A DNA stretch of 64,000 nucleotides from a virus (taxonomy: Duplodnaviria; Caudoviricetes): IMG/VR virus record IMGVR_UViG_2839242338_000001, positions 1 through 64,000 of that record; one strand, written 5' to 3'. The notes beneath the pieces are model-generated. The model had not been told where the DNA came from. It saw nothing but the letters and a program-made list of their open reading frames with translations, and searched no databases. A program made the position numbers and the translations under genes. This document shows, one piece after another, positions 53,535 to 63,313 of the stretch (within the stretch, counting starts at the first letter, position 1; each line of letters starts with the position of its first letter).

Positions 53535-54547
53535 TAGGCCAATGCTTTGAGCGTTTGTATGGCCAAAGCTAATTTGCCCTGGTAGGTGGGGTTAGGACAA
53601 AACCGGCGATAGATATGCCGCAAATAATCGGATCGTGTGACCAGGCTGTATTTAGCAATGACCTGTTGTTCGTAAGCCCTATAATCCGCCATTGATGCGG
53701 ATTCACTTTTGTACCTACAGTAACCCGATCTGGACAGACTCGAATAGTAACCCCGTCCGTTTTTCTTCATCCCAAACAAGTTATGACCCGGTGAAGCTAT
53801 CCACCAATAACCCGTTTCAACGGCTGAAATGGCAAACGCAATGTCGGGATAGGTGTAGCCCTGATCCTGAATTAGAAGCCAATACCCCTGAACTTTAGTA
53901 CCAGGTACGTGGCCAGTCCGATTCGCCAGCCCCAGTTTTCCAATTTGGCTGCGCGCTTTTGCTTCCGGTAAAGGTCGGCCTGGGCCTGCGCCGTTAACGA
54001 TTCGTTGGATTTGCCCTGTTGCCGGTTGTTGAGCTGGGTAATCGTTTTGTTCTGGGCAGCAATGGCCCGGCTCTGCTCGGAAAGCAAACTGTCCTTTGCT
54101 TTCACCACGTCGAGCAGCATCAGCAGATCGGCTTTGTCCTTCAGCACCTGACGAGCGCCTGCTTCGGTTAGTCGAATCGGTTTGGGGTCGATTGCCAGAA
54201 CCGGCCCCACTCGTTTGCTGCTGTCGCCCAAAGCGATTATTATACAGGCGGTCGATTTCAGACTGGAGAGCAGGGCCAGACAGAGAATCAATATGCCGGT
54301 GACGTGCCTGGCGTTTTTTATCCAACGCGCGCAGGCGGGACTCATGAGCTTGTTGCTGTTCATATAAGCGAAGATTGAGTTTACCCTGGCCTTCCAGGAA
54401 CTTGTAATAGGTGGTCGAATCCAGGCTCCAGCCCTGAGGGGGATGGCTTTGCTTCCAGATCAGCAGGCCACCCAGTAGTCCGATCAGGATCTGAGCGACA
54501 ATGGCCACACCGAAGAGCCAGACAGGTAAGGTTAGATTTTGCTTCAT
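53534..54547 (-). CDS. Membrane-anchored protein with a C-terminal GH73/glucosaminidase-like domain
   Basis: N-terminal TM; AISAVETG...HNLFGMK...Y.S...S.ADY lysozyme-like motifs. Confidence 0.65.
   Translation of the reverse strand: MKQNLTLPVWLFGVAIVAQILIGLLGGLLIWKQSHPPQGWSLDSTTYYKFLEGQGKLNLRLYEQQQAHESRLRALDKKRQARHRHIDSLSGPALQSEIDRLYNNRFGRQQQTSGAGSGNRPQTDSTNRSRRSSGAEGQSRSADAARRGESKGQFAFRAEPGHCCPEQNDYPAQQPATGQIQRIVNGAGPGRPLPEAKARSQIGKLGLANRTGHVPGTKVQGYWLLIQDQGYTYPDIAFAISAVETGYWWIASPGHNLFGMKKNGRGYYSSLSRSGYCRYKSESASMADYRAYEQQVIAKYSLVTRSDYLRHIYRRFCPNPTYQGKLALAIQTLKALA
53872..54363 (-). CDS. Spanin-like protein embedded out of frame within 53534-54547
   Basis: Hydrophobic N-region with Cys, coiled coil, C-terminal TM (WGWRIGLATYLVLKF). 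Confidence 0.55.
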   Translation of the reverse strand: MNSNKLMSPACARWIKNARHVTGILILCLALLSSLKSTACIIIALGDSSKRVGPVLAIDPKPIRLTEAGARQVLKDKADLLMLLDVVKAKDSLLSEQSRAIAAQNKTITQLNNRQQGKSNESLTAQAQADLYRKQKRAAKLENWGWRIGLATYLVLKFRGIGF

Positions 54548-55175
54548 GATTCGGGAATAAACCGCACGACGTAGCGCACATAATTTTTGGGTCTTGGAAT
54601 GTTGACATACACGCCCTGCACATTATTGCCCGCAGTGGTATTGCCACCGGTCGCGTAAAAAATGCGGATGCGCGGATCGAGTGGCCAGTTACTGACGAAT
54701 TCGACGTGACTCCAGATTCGATACGTCACCACATCGCCCGCGATCGCGCTGGTACTGGGTGGCAGCTGGAGCTTTTTCATGGCGTTGAAGCTGGCAACCG
54801 CTGCCAGATTTGACCCTTCGGCGTAGAAATACCACACGTTTTGAGTACCCACCCCACGAAAGCACCACACCAGGGTTTTGCACCGGCGCCGACCCGCTCG
54901 GGATGCGGCCAACCGATTGATTTGAAGTAGACATCGATTTGTGGATGATCATTCCGGTTCGATTTCTCCTTCACATAGACCTGCGAAGCCGCCGTTTCGA
55001 GTAAACAGAGCCGCTTTCGATTCAGAGAATCTACGCGTACAGAGCCTGGTAAAAGCTGGCAAACAGCTGCATGAACATAAAAAACAGGCCAAATAAACAG
55101 GCTAAGACTACCCAGGCGGGCGCTTCGTTGAGTAAGGAGTCCAGCGAACGCTCGGAGTCGATTCGATTGTGCCAT
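54544..55175 (-). CDS. CHAP-domain endolysin, split by a frameshift near 54812
   Basis: PWCGAFVGWVL (Cys) in ORF 54777-55382; AGDVV, SHVEF (His) and GGNT in ORF 54544-54912; 5' end overlaps the upstream gene. Confidence 0.75.
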
Positions 55176-55846
55176 ATACGATAGAATTGAGGGAATGCAA
55201 CACGGATAAAAAAGACCGCCACCAGGAATGTCAGGAAGGTGAGCGTGAAGGACAGCAGCGCACGAATGGGTGCATTCTTCATCATACTCTGCCCGATGGC
55301 ATTCATGGGGTCGGCTTCGAGAGGAGCCCCGAATAAATACGTCATGCCCACAAAGCCGATGAACAACCCGATAATGATCCAAATCGCCTTATTGGTCGAA
55401 ATCATCAGCAGTGGTTTTTTCTCGGAATCAGAGACCGGCAAGGACTCATTCAGGTTCAGCTCAGCGCCTAATCGAGTGGCTTCCAACTCGGCATTTTTTG
55501 CCTTCCTTAGAAAATCTTTCGCTCGCTCAGGATCACTGGTAGTACGGGCGATTTCCCGCCAATCAGCAGCATCCTCCAGCAAGCCGGCGCGGGTCTCCAG
55601 CTTTTCTTTCCGAACAGCATCCGCGACCTGCTGGGCTTTAGCCAATAACTGCTGTTTACGCTCTTGCAGGCCCTGCTCAACGGCGTCGAGTTCGGCTTGT
55701 TCGGCAGAAAGTTCCTGAACTAGATTATCAGCCGCTTCGGCGTACCGATCGCTGATCTGTGGTGCATCCGGCTTTTGCACCTTAAATGTGTTCCGGGGAT
55801 TGTCTTGACGGGCTACCATCGGCTTGTTTTTATCGTCAGTTTTCAT
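55031..55846 (-). CDS. Coiled-coil plus 3-TM membrane protein (holin candidate)
   Basis: Three TM segments; directly upstream of and overlapping the endolysin. Confidence 0.55.
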   Translation of the reverse strand: MKTDDKNKPMVARQDNPRNTFKVQKPDAPQISDRYAEAADNLVQELSAEQAELDAVEQGLQERKQQLLAKAQQVADAVRKEKLETRAGLLEDAADWREIARTTSDPERAKDFLRKAKNAELEATRLGAELNLNESLPVSDSEKKPLLMISTNKAIWIIIGLFIGFVGMTYLFGAPLEADPMNAIGQSMMKNAPIRALLSFTLTFLTFLVAVFFIRVAFPQFYRIWHNRIDSERSLDSLLNEAPAWVVLACLFGLFFMFMQLFASFYQALYA

Positions 55847-55875
55847 AAAAATTCATCGAATCGCCGAACCGGGGA

Positions 55876-56877
55876 TTAACGCATGCGGAAAATGCCTTTG
55901 TAGGTCGAATTGTCGGGGAATTCGTTGGGGCCCGCAGCCTGGTAGCGGTCGCTGTTTTTATACAGCGGATATTGGTCGGCGTAGCTGGTCAGATAGCTCT
56001 TCAGTGCATTCAAACTAGCAGCCGCTTCGGTGTCGGCCTTGCTCTGGGCATCCTGCAATAGCTTGGCATCGACGGCCTTTTGGTTGTAAATCCCATCAAA
56101 ATCAGACAGGATGCGCAAACCACCACCCGACGTTTGCACCACATTGAGGTAATACAGCGCGCGGGCATAGGCACAGGTGGCCGTCGCTTTACTGACGGCT
56201 TCCATCAATCGGATATCCACCGGCTGCAAGGCAGTGGTCTGGATTCGCTTGGCTTTCAAATCATCGAACTGCGCCGAACCAATCAGGGGCTTAATCTGCT
56301 GGTTTTCGGTCATGTGCAGATAGGGAATCAGCGACAAAAACAGCCGGTAACTGCCAGCAGCCTGCGGCAAATTGTCCGTCAGCTCCGAACCCGAATAAAT
56401 AAACAGGGCATTGGCACGCTTGAAGGCATCCGAAGCCGTCCAGGTTGGGTAGTTGGCCTTGGTTCGTTGCAGGAAGAGCAAGGCCGTTTCCAGTGCAGTA
56501 GCCGCATTTTCGGCACTTTCCCGCTGCCGTTTGTCCAGAACTCCGATGCGCACCGGCTGCGTTTTATCGGTGGATTGCTCCTGCAAGCCATTGTCGCCAT
56601 CATTGCCCAAACTAAAGGGCAAATATTTAGTGTAGGTATAGAAGGCCAGCGCCCGTTGGAGCTTAGTGAGCAGCAACCGGTTGTTGGGCGTTAGTGCATT
56701 GGGCGCACTGCTGTTATACTGGGTGTCGAGTTCATTGAGCATCTCGTCCCCAATGGTCGGGCGGATAAACTCGTCTTCGGCCAGTTGAATAAACGGCTGA
56801 ATAAAGGCGAGTGTCGTGGCTTGATTAATGGCCCGACCCAGAAATAATTTTAGATCGTCAATCGATTTGATAATCAT
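55876..56877 (-). CDS. DUF6712-like phage head-tail region protein
   Basis: Two repeats of the pattern PFI..AE...I.P.IG; follows the portal. Confidence 0.7.
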   Translation of the reverse strand: MIIKSIDDLKLFLGRAINQATTLAFIQPFIQLAEDEFIRPTIGDEMLNELDTQYNSSAPNALTPNNRLLLTKLQRALAFYTYTKYLPFSLGNDGDNGLQEQSTDKTQPVRIGVLDKRQRESAENAATALETALLFLQRTKANYPTWTASDAFKRANALFIYSGSELTDNLPQAAGSYRLFLSLIPYLHMTENQQIKPLIGSAQFDDLKAKRIQTTALQPVDIRLMEAVSKATATCAYARALYYLNVVQTSGGGLRILSDFDGIYNQKAVDAKLLQDAQSKADTEAAASLNALKSYLTSYADQYPLYKNSDRYQAAGPNEFPDNSTYKGIFRMR

Positions 56878-58224
56878 TTTTTGCCCGATTTGTCGGTGGT
56901 TTTAGTGTCTTTGGTCGCCTGATCGTTGCCGGTCTGCTGATCTTTACCCGCTGTATTGCCGGTAGCCGTGTTTTTCTTGCTGGAACCAGCTTTGTTCTGG
57001 TCGAGCGTTTCGAGCAGGATATTTTTGAAGCCAAAGAACACATCTTCGGGTAGGCCCAATTCACGCTTAATGGTGCGATTCCAGTAGCTTTCAATGACCT
57101 GACGCTCGCGGGGCGTGCGGTAAAACTGTTGGTATTCGGCAGATACACGCAGTTCAGAGCCAGAACCCCGAGCATCTTCCCGTCACTGACACCAGCAAGC
57201 CCACTGAGAATGCCACTGGCATTAGCGAAAGCGGTCACGGCCATTTGGTACAGCTCCGTGTACTCTTTACCGGTCAGCTTGGATTCGACCGTTTCAAACT
57301 CAATGTAGGGTTGCATTTTGCCGTCGATACCAACCGCGCATTCGTCAAAAATGACTTTGCGTTTGCCTTCGGTACCGAACAGCAACTCGTCTACCTGCCC
57401 GTAGAATTTCTTTCGGAAGGCGTCTTTGCTCTCGTCGGTATCGCCACCAAACTTGTCAATGAATGGCTCCGCCACCCGGCAAATTTTAGAGACATTATAC
57501 TCGGTATCGAGGCCATTATTGTGAAACCCCGGCACCCGGTTAGCGAGCCGAATCCATTCCGCTGCCGCCCACCAAATGGGGAAACCGTAATAGAATTGGC
57601 CCGTTTGCTGGCGTTTGAGCTGAACCAATGTTTCGGGTGCGTTCTTGGTTTTCTGGGTCCAGGCAGGCACCGCCACTGCCTTTTTGACCATACCCAATCA
57701 GGAGCTAGTAGCCAGGTATCTACAAAGCCCTGCGTAGCCATCGCTGCCCGAACGGTCAGACTATCGCGCAATGACAGCATGAGCTTACCACCCTCCCGAC
57801 TGTGGTTGATGAACGCGTTGCCCGATTCGACCAGGTAAGTCATTTGCCCGTTGGCCAATTCCTGCAAATCATTGAACTCCTCAAACGCCTTGATTTTATC
57901 GTCGGTGTAGGGCGTCATAACGGTGTCTTTCCCATCCAGACTATGCTTGAACCAGCCGACGCCAGCTCCAAACAGGAAGTCAGCGCGCGTTTGAACCAGG
58001 TTCATCACGTCGCCGTTGGATCGATACAGGTTGATCATCTCATTGGGCAGCTGGTTATTGGTGCCCCAGGGATAGATATTGTAGGATTTGCCACCAGCGG
58101 ACACTGGTTTTTTAATCAATCCCTTAACCGAATTGGCATCCTGATTGCCTTCAGGAAAGGAAACCGAAGCCGATGGGCGGGCTGTGGTCATGAATGCGGC
58201 TGTGCCGAGTTGAGTCAGATTCAT
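56874..58224 (-). CDS. Portal protein, two frameshifts
   Basis: YPWGTNNQLPNE...FLFGAGV, FYYGFPIW, and after correction GSELRVS; joins ORFs 57391-58224, 56858-57697 and 56874-57059. Confidence 0.75.
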
Positions 58225-58510
58225 TAGAATCGGTGGTCAATTAATTTACCATTGAATGATACCAATAGCGGGATATGCAGCTCAAAGCGATTGTCATTCT
58301 GATCAATCAGATGGAGTTTTCCGGCCTGCCGGTTCTCGTGTTTGATACTGGTCAGGTCTTTTTTGGCGACCGTCTCCCCAGCCCGACGTCGAACGCTGGT
58401 TTTACTACCGAATTCACCACTGGCTTTTCGGTAGGTCAGATCGAAATAGGGGAGTGGCCACTAAGCCCACTGGCCCGATACGCCTGAATAACTTGAGAGA
58501 GATAAATCAT
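58224..58510 (-). CDS. Small phage protein preceding the portal (one frameshift)
   Basis: MIYLSQVI... then PYFDLTYRKASGE...HIPLLVSFNGKLIDHRF*; TAATG coupling to the portal. Confidence 0.6.
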
Positions 58511-58532
58511 CCGATTTGCCCGTTTGCTGGGT

Positions 58533-58567
58533 CAATGTTCGGCTTTGCGTGGGCGTGCTGGTAGGAC
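58533..58567 (-). promoter_or_regulatory. Late-promoter motif copy 2 (GTCCTACC-N19-GAACATTG)
   Basis: Conserved 8-mer and spacing. Confidence 0.7.
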
Positions 58568-58835
58568 GAAACTTTTTAGGGGGCGGTTTCCGGTCTTTTC
58601 CGGTATGGGGCTAATGGACAGATTTCACAATCAACTCATTAGCCCGAAAAGGGGGGTATTTTCTCCGGTGTGCTGAGAGTTGACCGCCCGCGCTATAGCG
58701 AAACGGCGGTCGCCAAAATCGAAAAATAGAATATATGCCGCGCCCCAGGTATTGGTTGGGGGCGCGGGACGAGTTGGCTGGCTCGTGGGCAAAAACGAGA
58801 AATGAAATATTTAGATTCTTGGGATTCTAAGCGAG

Positions 58836-60395
58836 TTATCGAATGACAATGCCGCCTTCCCTCATGCCATTGGCTGCTACATACTTGGAATACTTCTTGA
58901 ACAACAGATAGTCAAAGCAATCGCTCAAGTGAGTGGCAAACTCTTGCGGAAGATTCTTGTTTTGCTCTGACTTCTTGATCTTCTCATAGCTTGTGCCATC
59001 GATAGGCGCGTTCTGGAGTGAGATCAATAGCGGTTTGCATGTTGTCTCATTGATGCGAATCTTAGGCAAACGTGTGTTTGTCTCTTGCAATAGGCTGTTG
59101 ATAACACGATAGCGAACATGATAAGGCGGATAGGCATCTTGAACCTTATCAATAATCGTCCAGCCTGCTTTTGTAAAGGCGGCCTTGATAATACCGAAGT
59201 AGGTCTTATTTCGACCAGCATCCTTTTTGTTGGCCCCATTATCACCGTACACATACATAACCCGCTTTTTGTGGCCCGCATATTTAGCGATAAAATCAGC
59301 ACAGAGCTTCTCCACCAGGCTCTCGGTGGCGGTCTTTACAAACAGTACATCATTAATCCGGTACTCAGAATTAAAATCCTGAGCCATGATGAGCGACGTA
59401 AATTCGGCGTTAAAATCCCAGCTCGTATCAACGGCTTTATTGGGATCATAATCAGTGCGCTCGTGCACATACAGGCGTGACACATCATCAAACTGGTAAC
59501 CATAGCCTTGACTGTAGGTATGTCGGTTTGTATCCAGAGCATGATAAAAGCCGTTGGCAATTCGGGTTAGGCGGTGATTCAGGATCTCAATATTAAAGCT
59601 CAGCTCATCACCACAGGCTTCGCGCTGATCTTCGATAAACGAACCGGGTAAAAACTCCAGATTATCGTAAGCGGTCGACTCCAGAAAAAAGTACTTCTGT
59701 GGGTTGGTCTTTTGCAGTTCTTCGGTGTTATAAATCCAGTTGCCTTGGGGGAGCCAGGGCGCAGACGTAAAATCAGCAATGAGCCAATGCAGGGGGTGGT
59801 TAAATCCTTTGCGCCCTGGGCGTGGGTCTTTATAAATATGCTTATTGGCCCGCACCGTAGGACGGAGTACCTTATTGAAAAACGGCTCTTTAATGGTGGC
59901 CGATTCATCAATATAGAGCTGATCAAAGTTGGCACCCCGGATGGTTTCTTCTCGATCGGCACTGACGAACTGGGCCGTATAGCCATTGGCGAACACTAAA
60001 CAGTTGTCATACGTCCTGATCGTATTGAGTGCCGATTTCCAGTGTTCGGGCGGACGACGGTTAATGACATAATGCCCAAAGCCGGTTTTGGTATTGTATT
60101 CATGCAACCCATGTTCCTCAAAGACACTACTGCTTTGCGACAAGATGATATCCTGAACCTGTCGGTAGGTCAGACCCGCAATTCCAGCTTTCGCCCTGGG
60201 TAATTGAAACGCTGACTCAGCCAGCAAATGAATGAGGGTGCGGGATTTACCCGAACCACGCCCACCCTGAAACGTCATACGGAAGCCTGACTGATACGCC
60301 CGACCTTCCTTGGTAAAATCAGCCTGATTACTGGTAGCTCTCTGGTGGAACTGGAGCTGCTTGGCATTCAGACGCACAATCGCTTCCTTACTCAT
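58836..60395 (-). CDS. terL: Terminase large subunit
   Basis: Walker A GGRGSGKS, Walker B LYIDES, nuclease motifs SWDFN and HLSDCFDY. Confidence 0.92.
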   Translation of the reverse strand: MSKEAIVRLNAKQLQFHQRATSNQADFTKEGRAYQSGFRMTFQGGRGSGKSRTLIHLLAESAFQLPRAKAGIAGLTYRQVQDIILSQSSSVFEEHGLHEYNTKTGFGHYVINRRPPEHWKSALNTIRTYDNCLVFANGYTAQFVSADREETIRGANFDQLYIDESATIKEPFFNKVLRPTVRANKHIYKDPRPGRKGFNHPLHWLIADFTSAPWLPQGNWIYNTEELQKTNPQKYFFLESTAYDNLEFLPGSFIEDQREACGDELSFNIEILNHRLTRIANGFYHALDTNRHTYSQGYGYQFDDVSRLYVHERTDYDPNKAVDTSWDFNAEFTSLIMAQDFNSEYRINDVLFVKTATESLVEKLCADFIAKYAGHKKRVMYVYGDNGANKKDAGRNKTYFGIIKAAFTKAGWTIIDKVQDAYPPYHVRYRVINSLLQETNTRLPKIRINETTCKPLLISLQNAPIDGTSYEKIKKSEQNKNLPQEFATHLSDCFDYLLFKKYSKYVAANGMREGGIVIR

Positions 60396-60897
60396 TGGGC
60401 AGTTCCTCCCCACCAGATAGGTTATTATTGATCGTGACGTTGTTCTGCACGTATTTCACGGTACGCGCAGGCATCAGCTCATCAGCGGTCAATGACGACT
60501 GATCATCGTGAACTTTGCTGAGTTTGGCAATCTCCCGAGTAGCCGCAATGATGGCTTCTGCATTGCGATCCTTCACTGCCAGCGACATGGCCACGTATAG
60601 GTTTTCAATTAAAATCTTACGTGTGCCTTCCCGATCGATGTCATCGACCTTACCGTATAATTTGGTTGATTCAGCCATCAACTGATATGCCTGTGAGTAT
60701 TTTAGACCATACTCCTGCATCAGCATATTGACTACTTGTTGAGGTGAAAACAACTTACTGCGCCAGGCAAAGCATTTGCGGTACTTATCAAGCGTTTCGT
60801 GCTCACTCGGCTTAAGTGGTATTCGATGTAATAAATGGTCTCGAAACTTGTCGAGTTTGTCAGCGACTTTATCTGCCTTTGTCAGTTCTGTACCCAT
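60388..60897 (-). CDS. terS: Terminase small subunit (putative)
   Basis: Helical HTH-like protein overlapping the terL start. Confidence 0.65.
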   Translation of the reverse strand: MGTELTKADKVADKLDKFRDHLLHRIPLKPSEHETLDKYRKCFAWRSKLFSPQQVVNMLMQEYGLKYSQAYQLMAESTKLYGKVDDIDREGTRKILIENLYVAMSLAVKDRNAEAIIAATREIAKLSKVHDDQSSLTADELMPARTVKYVQNNVTINNNLSGGEELPNE

Positions 60898-60914
60898 ATA
60901 AAAAAAGCTACAGA

Positions 60915-60949
60915 CAATGTTAGTAGGTAGCTTTTTGGGATGGTAGGAC
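60915..60949 (-). promoter_or_regulatory. Late-promoter motif copy 3 (GTCCTACC-N19-TAACATTG)
   Basis: Conserved 8-mer and spacing; near-consensus Bacteroidota TAnnTTTG box. Confidence 0.7.
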
Positions 60950-60993
60950 AGATTTTGTAATTTGAGGCCAGTTCAACCTAAATCCAAAATAAT

Positions 60994-61839
60994 ATGACCA
61001 CTATTAGTGCGAATAGCCTTTTTCATTTTACTCCTTTAAAAGATAATTTACTTGGAATACTTGAAACGGGTTTTAGGCCAGCTTATAGTCCTGAGTTCGG
61101 CAAATCAACCAATGGTAAAGTAAATGAATGTGAAATTGCTATGGTATGTTTTTGTGACTTGCCCATTTCAAATCTGAGGAAACATATTGGCTTAGATGGT
61201 ACAAAAGGGTATGGGAAATATGGACTAGGGATGACTAAAGAATGGGGTATGACAAATAAGCTCAACCCTGTCACTTATTTTACTAACCAATCTCATCAAA
61301 TTGAGGCAGGATTAGAAGCTTCTACCAGGCTACTTAAGCTGAGCCAACATTACGATGAAGAGATGGATAAAATGACAAAAAAATATGGCGGGCCTAAATC
61401 AACTCCTTATAGCGATGAAGAGAAAAATATGATTGCAACTTATACTTATATAAAGTCTGCTTTTGAGGCTAGTAATGTAATTATGAACCATATGAAGCCA
61501 TACCAAGACGCCATAAATGGAATAAGATATTACAATGAAAGGGAGTGGAGATTAGTTGTACCATGTAATGAAAAAAATAACTACGAAGTCCCTGTAATTT
61601 GGCCTACCATGTTTCCCCATCAACTCTTAAAAAAACCTATATATAAAGATATAATATCGAAAAAATACATGTTAAATTTTTCCGCCATTGACGTAAAATA
61701 TATAATTGTTGAAAATGACGCTGCAGTCAAAGATGTAGTAGATAAACTAGCATCACTTCCTCATAAATATTCAGAATCAGATAGAAATCGACTAATCTCT
61801 CGAATAGTTACTTGTGAACAAATCGATGAAGATTTTTAG
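60994..61839 (+). CDS. abiGi: AbiGi-family protein
   Basis: SANSLFHFT, MVCFCDLP, YGKYGLGMTKEWG, LNPVTY, YYNEREWR. Confidence 0.85.
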   Translation: MTTISANSLFHFTPLKDNLLGILETGFRPAYSPEFGKSTNGKVNECEIAMVCFCDLPISNLRKHIGLDGTKGYGKYGLGMTKEWGMTNKLNPVTYFTNQSHQIEAGLEASTRLLKLSQHYDEEMDKMTKKYGGPKSTPYSDEEKNMIATYTYIKSAFEASNVIMNHMKPYQDAINGIRYYNEREWRLVVPCNEKNNYEVPVIWPTMFPHQLLKKPIYKDIISKKYMLNFSAIDVKYIIVENDAAVKDVVDKLASLPHKYSESDRNRLISRIVTCEQIDEDF

Positions 61840-61961
61840 CACTACAATCAACTCGACTTAACACAAGTAACTTACTAGAACTAATTTTTAATTGTTATTT
61901 CAAGAAGGGTTGTAATAAACCGGTTATTATCTTAGGCCTCAAATCCTTATAATTTAAAATT

Positions 61962-62408
61962 ATGGAAACAAGATTTTTTATTGGTGACTATTACCCAAGC
62001 ATAGGACGCCCTTATGTAATTGTTTCAGCTTATGAAACGGGAGATGAATTATTAATGGAGCGATTTATCTTATTCAAACACCCTAATGGTGATAGTGAGA
62101 TGAGTCCATTACGTATTACTCGACCTAAACTAGATTTGACTCTTGATGATTTTATTGAATCAGAAGTTAGATATACTGAGGAATGGATATTTTATGAGAT
62201 TATATTTCCACGTTATCAAACGATTGAGACAGTCTCGTATGGTAATTATAGTGTTTGTCTTAGACCAACTAATAGGGCAATTCTATTCGAGTTATTGGCG
62301 AAATTCAGTGATGAGATGAGCCAAGTTCGCAACAGTACTAAAAATACTACCTTAAAAAACATAATTGATATTTATAAATCACAAGATAATAGAAGAACCA
62401 CAGAATAG
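61962..62408 (+). CDS. Hypothetical protein (moron)
   Basis: AT-rich ORF co-oriented with abiGi; hairpin at 62437-62463. Confidence 0.6.
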   Translation: METRFFIGDYYPSIGRPYVIVSAYETGDELLMERFILFKHPNGDSEMSPLRITRPKLDLTLDDFIESEVRYTEEWIFYEIIFPRYQTIETVSYGNYSVCLRPTNRAILFELLAKFSDEMSQVRNSTKNTTLKNIIDIYKSQDNRRTTE

Positions 62409-62494
62409 AAGGCATTTGCAAATATTTATAGATAAGAGCCGCCAGGTGAGATACCCGGCGGCTATCCTGTTCAATACAACCTAAATATAAAAAC

Positions 62495-63067
62495 CTAATC
62501 AAACAGCCCAACTCCACTAGGATCACTGATCACCTTCATGGCATTCATCCTCATTTCTTTCTCACCTTCCACATAGCCCTGGTTGTCCAGTAGCGTGCCT
62601 TCGTCGAAGAAATGCGCCCATCCACGTTTTAGAGACCGCCCACGCTCGTTATGCTTATCTAGGGCAAAATCAGGAATGGGCAATTTCTGGAACGGATGGC
62701 GGAGCCAGTGCCAGATCAGCGTCCAATCGACCATGCGCGATTTCTTACACCGACACAGAAGGAGAACAGCATGCGTCAGGAACAAACGCTGGGGCTCGTT
62801 CTTGTCTTCTTTCTTTTTAGCCTGTTCCTGATACGAACGATATAACGCCCAGATGTTGGCAGGCATATTTGGTTCAGCTAGCCCGACGTCTTCACTGCTC
62901 ATGATGCGCAAACGCTTCCAGACGTACTCGCCATAATTACTGTCATACAGCTCAACGGCCCAGTACATGGCCTGATCTTCAAGCCCACGGCGAATGCACT
63001 TTTGAAACGCACTACTACATTCAAAAAAATCATATCCCTTCTTTGTCCTTAAATCGTATTTGCTCAT
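62495..63067 (-). CDS. MgsA/RarA C-terminal-like protein lacking the AAA+ domain
   Basis: SAFQKCIRRG, KRLRIMSSEDVGLA, AVLLLCRCKKSR, IPDFALDKH. Confidence 0.8.
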   Translation of the reverse strand: MSKYDLRTKKGYDFFECSSAFQKCIRRGLEDQAMYWAVELYDSNYGEYVWKRLRIMSSEDVGLAEPNMPANIWALYRSYQEQAKKKEDKNEPQRLFLTHAVLLLCRCKKSRMVDWTLIWHWLRHPFQKLPIPDFALDKHNERGRSLKRGWAHFFDEGTLLDNQGYVEGEKEMRMNAMKVISDPSGVGLFD

Positions 63068-63237
63068 TGCTCAATGGTAATTTTTCCGTTTATGACTGTT
63101 ACTCGTACTGTCTGCCCGATAGAAAAACCGGCCTGACTCATCCACTGACCACCCAGGTTCAGCGAGGGCATGAAGATCAATTGCCGTCTTACATTTTTTC
63201 GGGCCATAGAACCCATCTTTCGACTTTTCGTGTACAT
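63064..63237 (-). CDS. symE: SymE-family (AbrB-fold) type I toxin-like protein
   Basis: PSLNLGGQWMSQAGFSIGQTVRVTVINGKITI. Confidence 0.8.
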   Translation of the reverse strand: MYTKSRKMGSMARKNVRRQLIFMPSLNLGGQWMSQAGFSIGQTVRVTVINGKITIEQ

Positions 63238-63313
63238 TTGCACCGTCTGATTAAGAGTTGAACATCCTTGCTTTAGACAGAAGCCGGTAGCTCTAACTAC
63301 CGGCTTCAACCGT

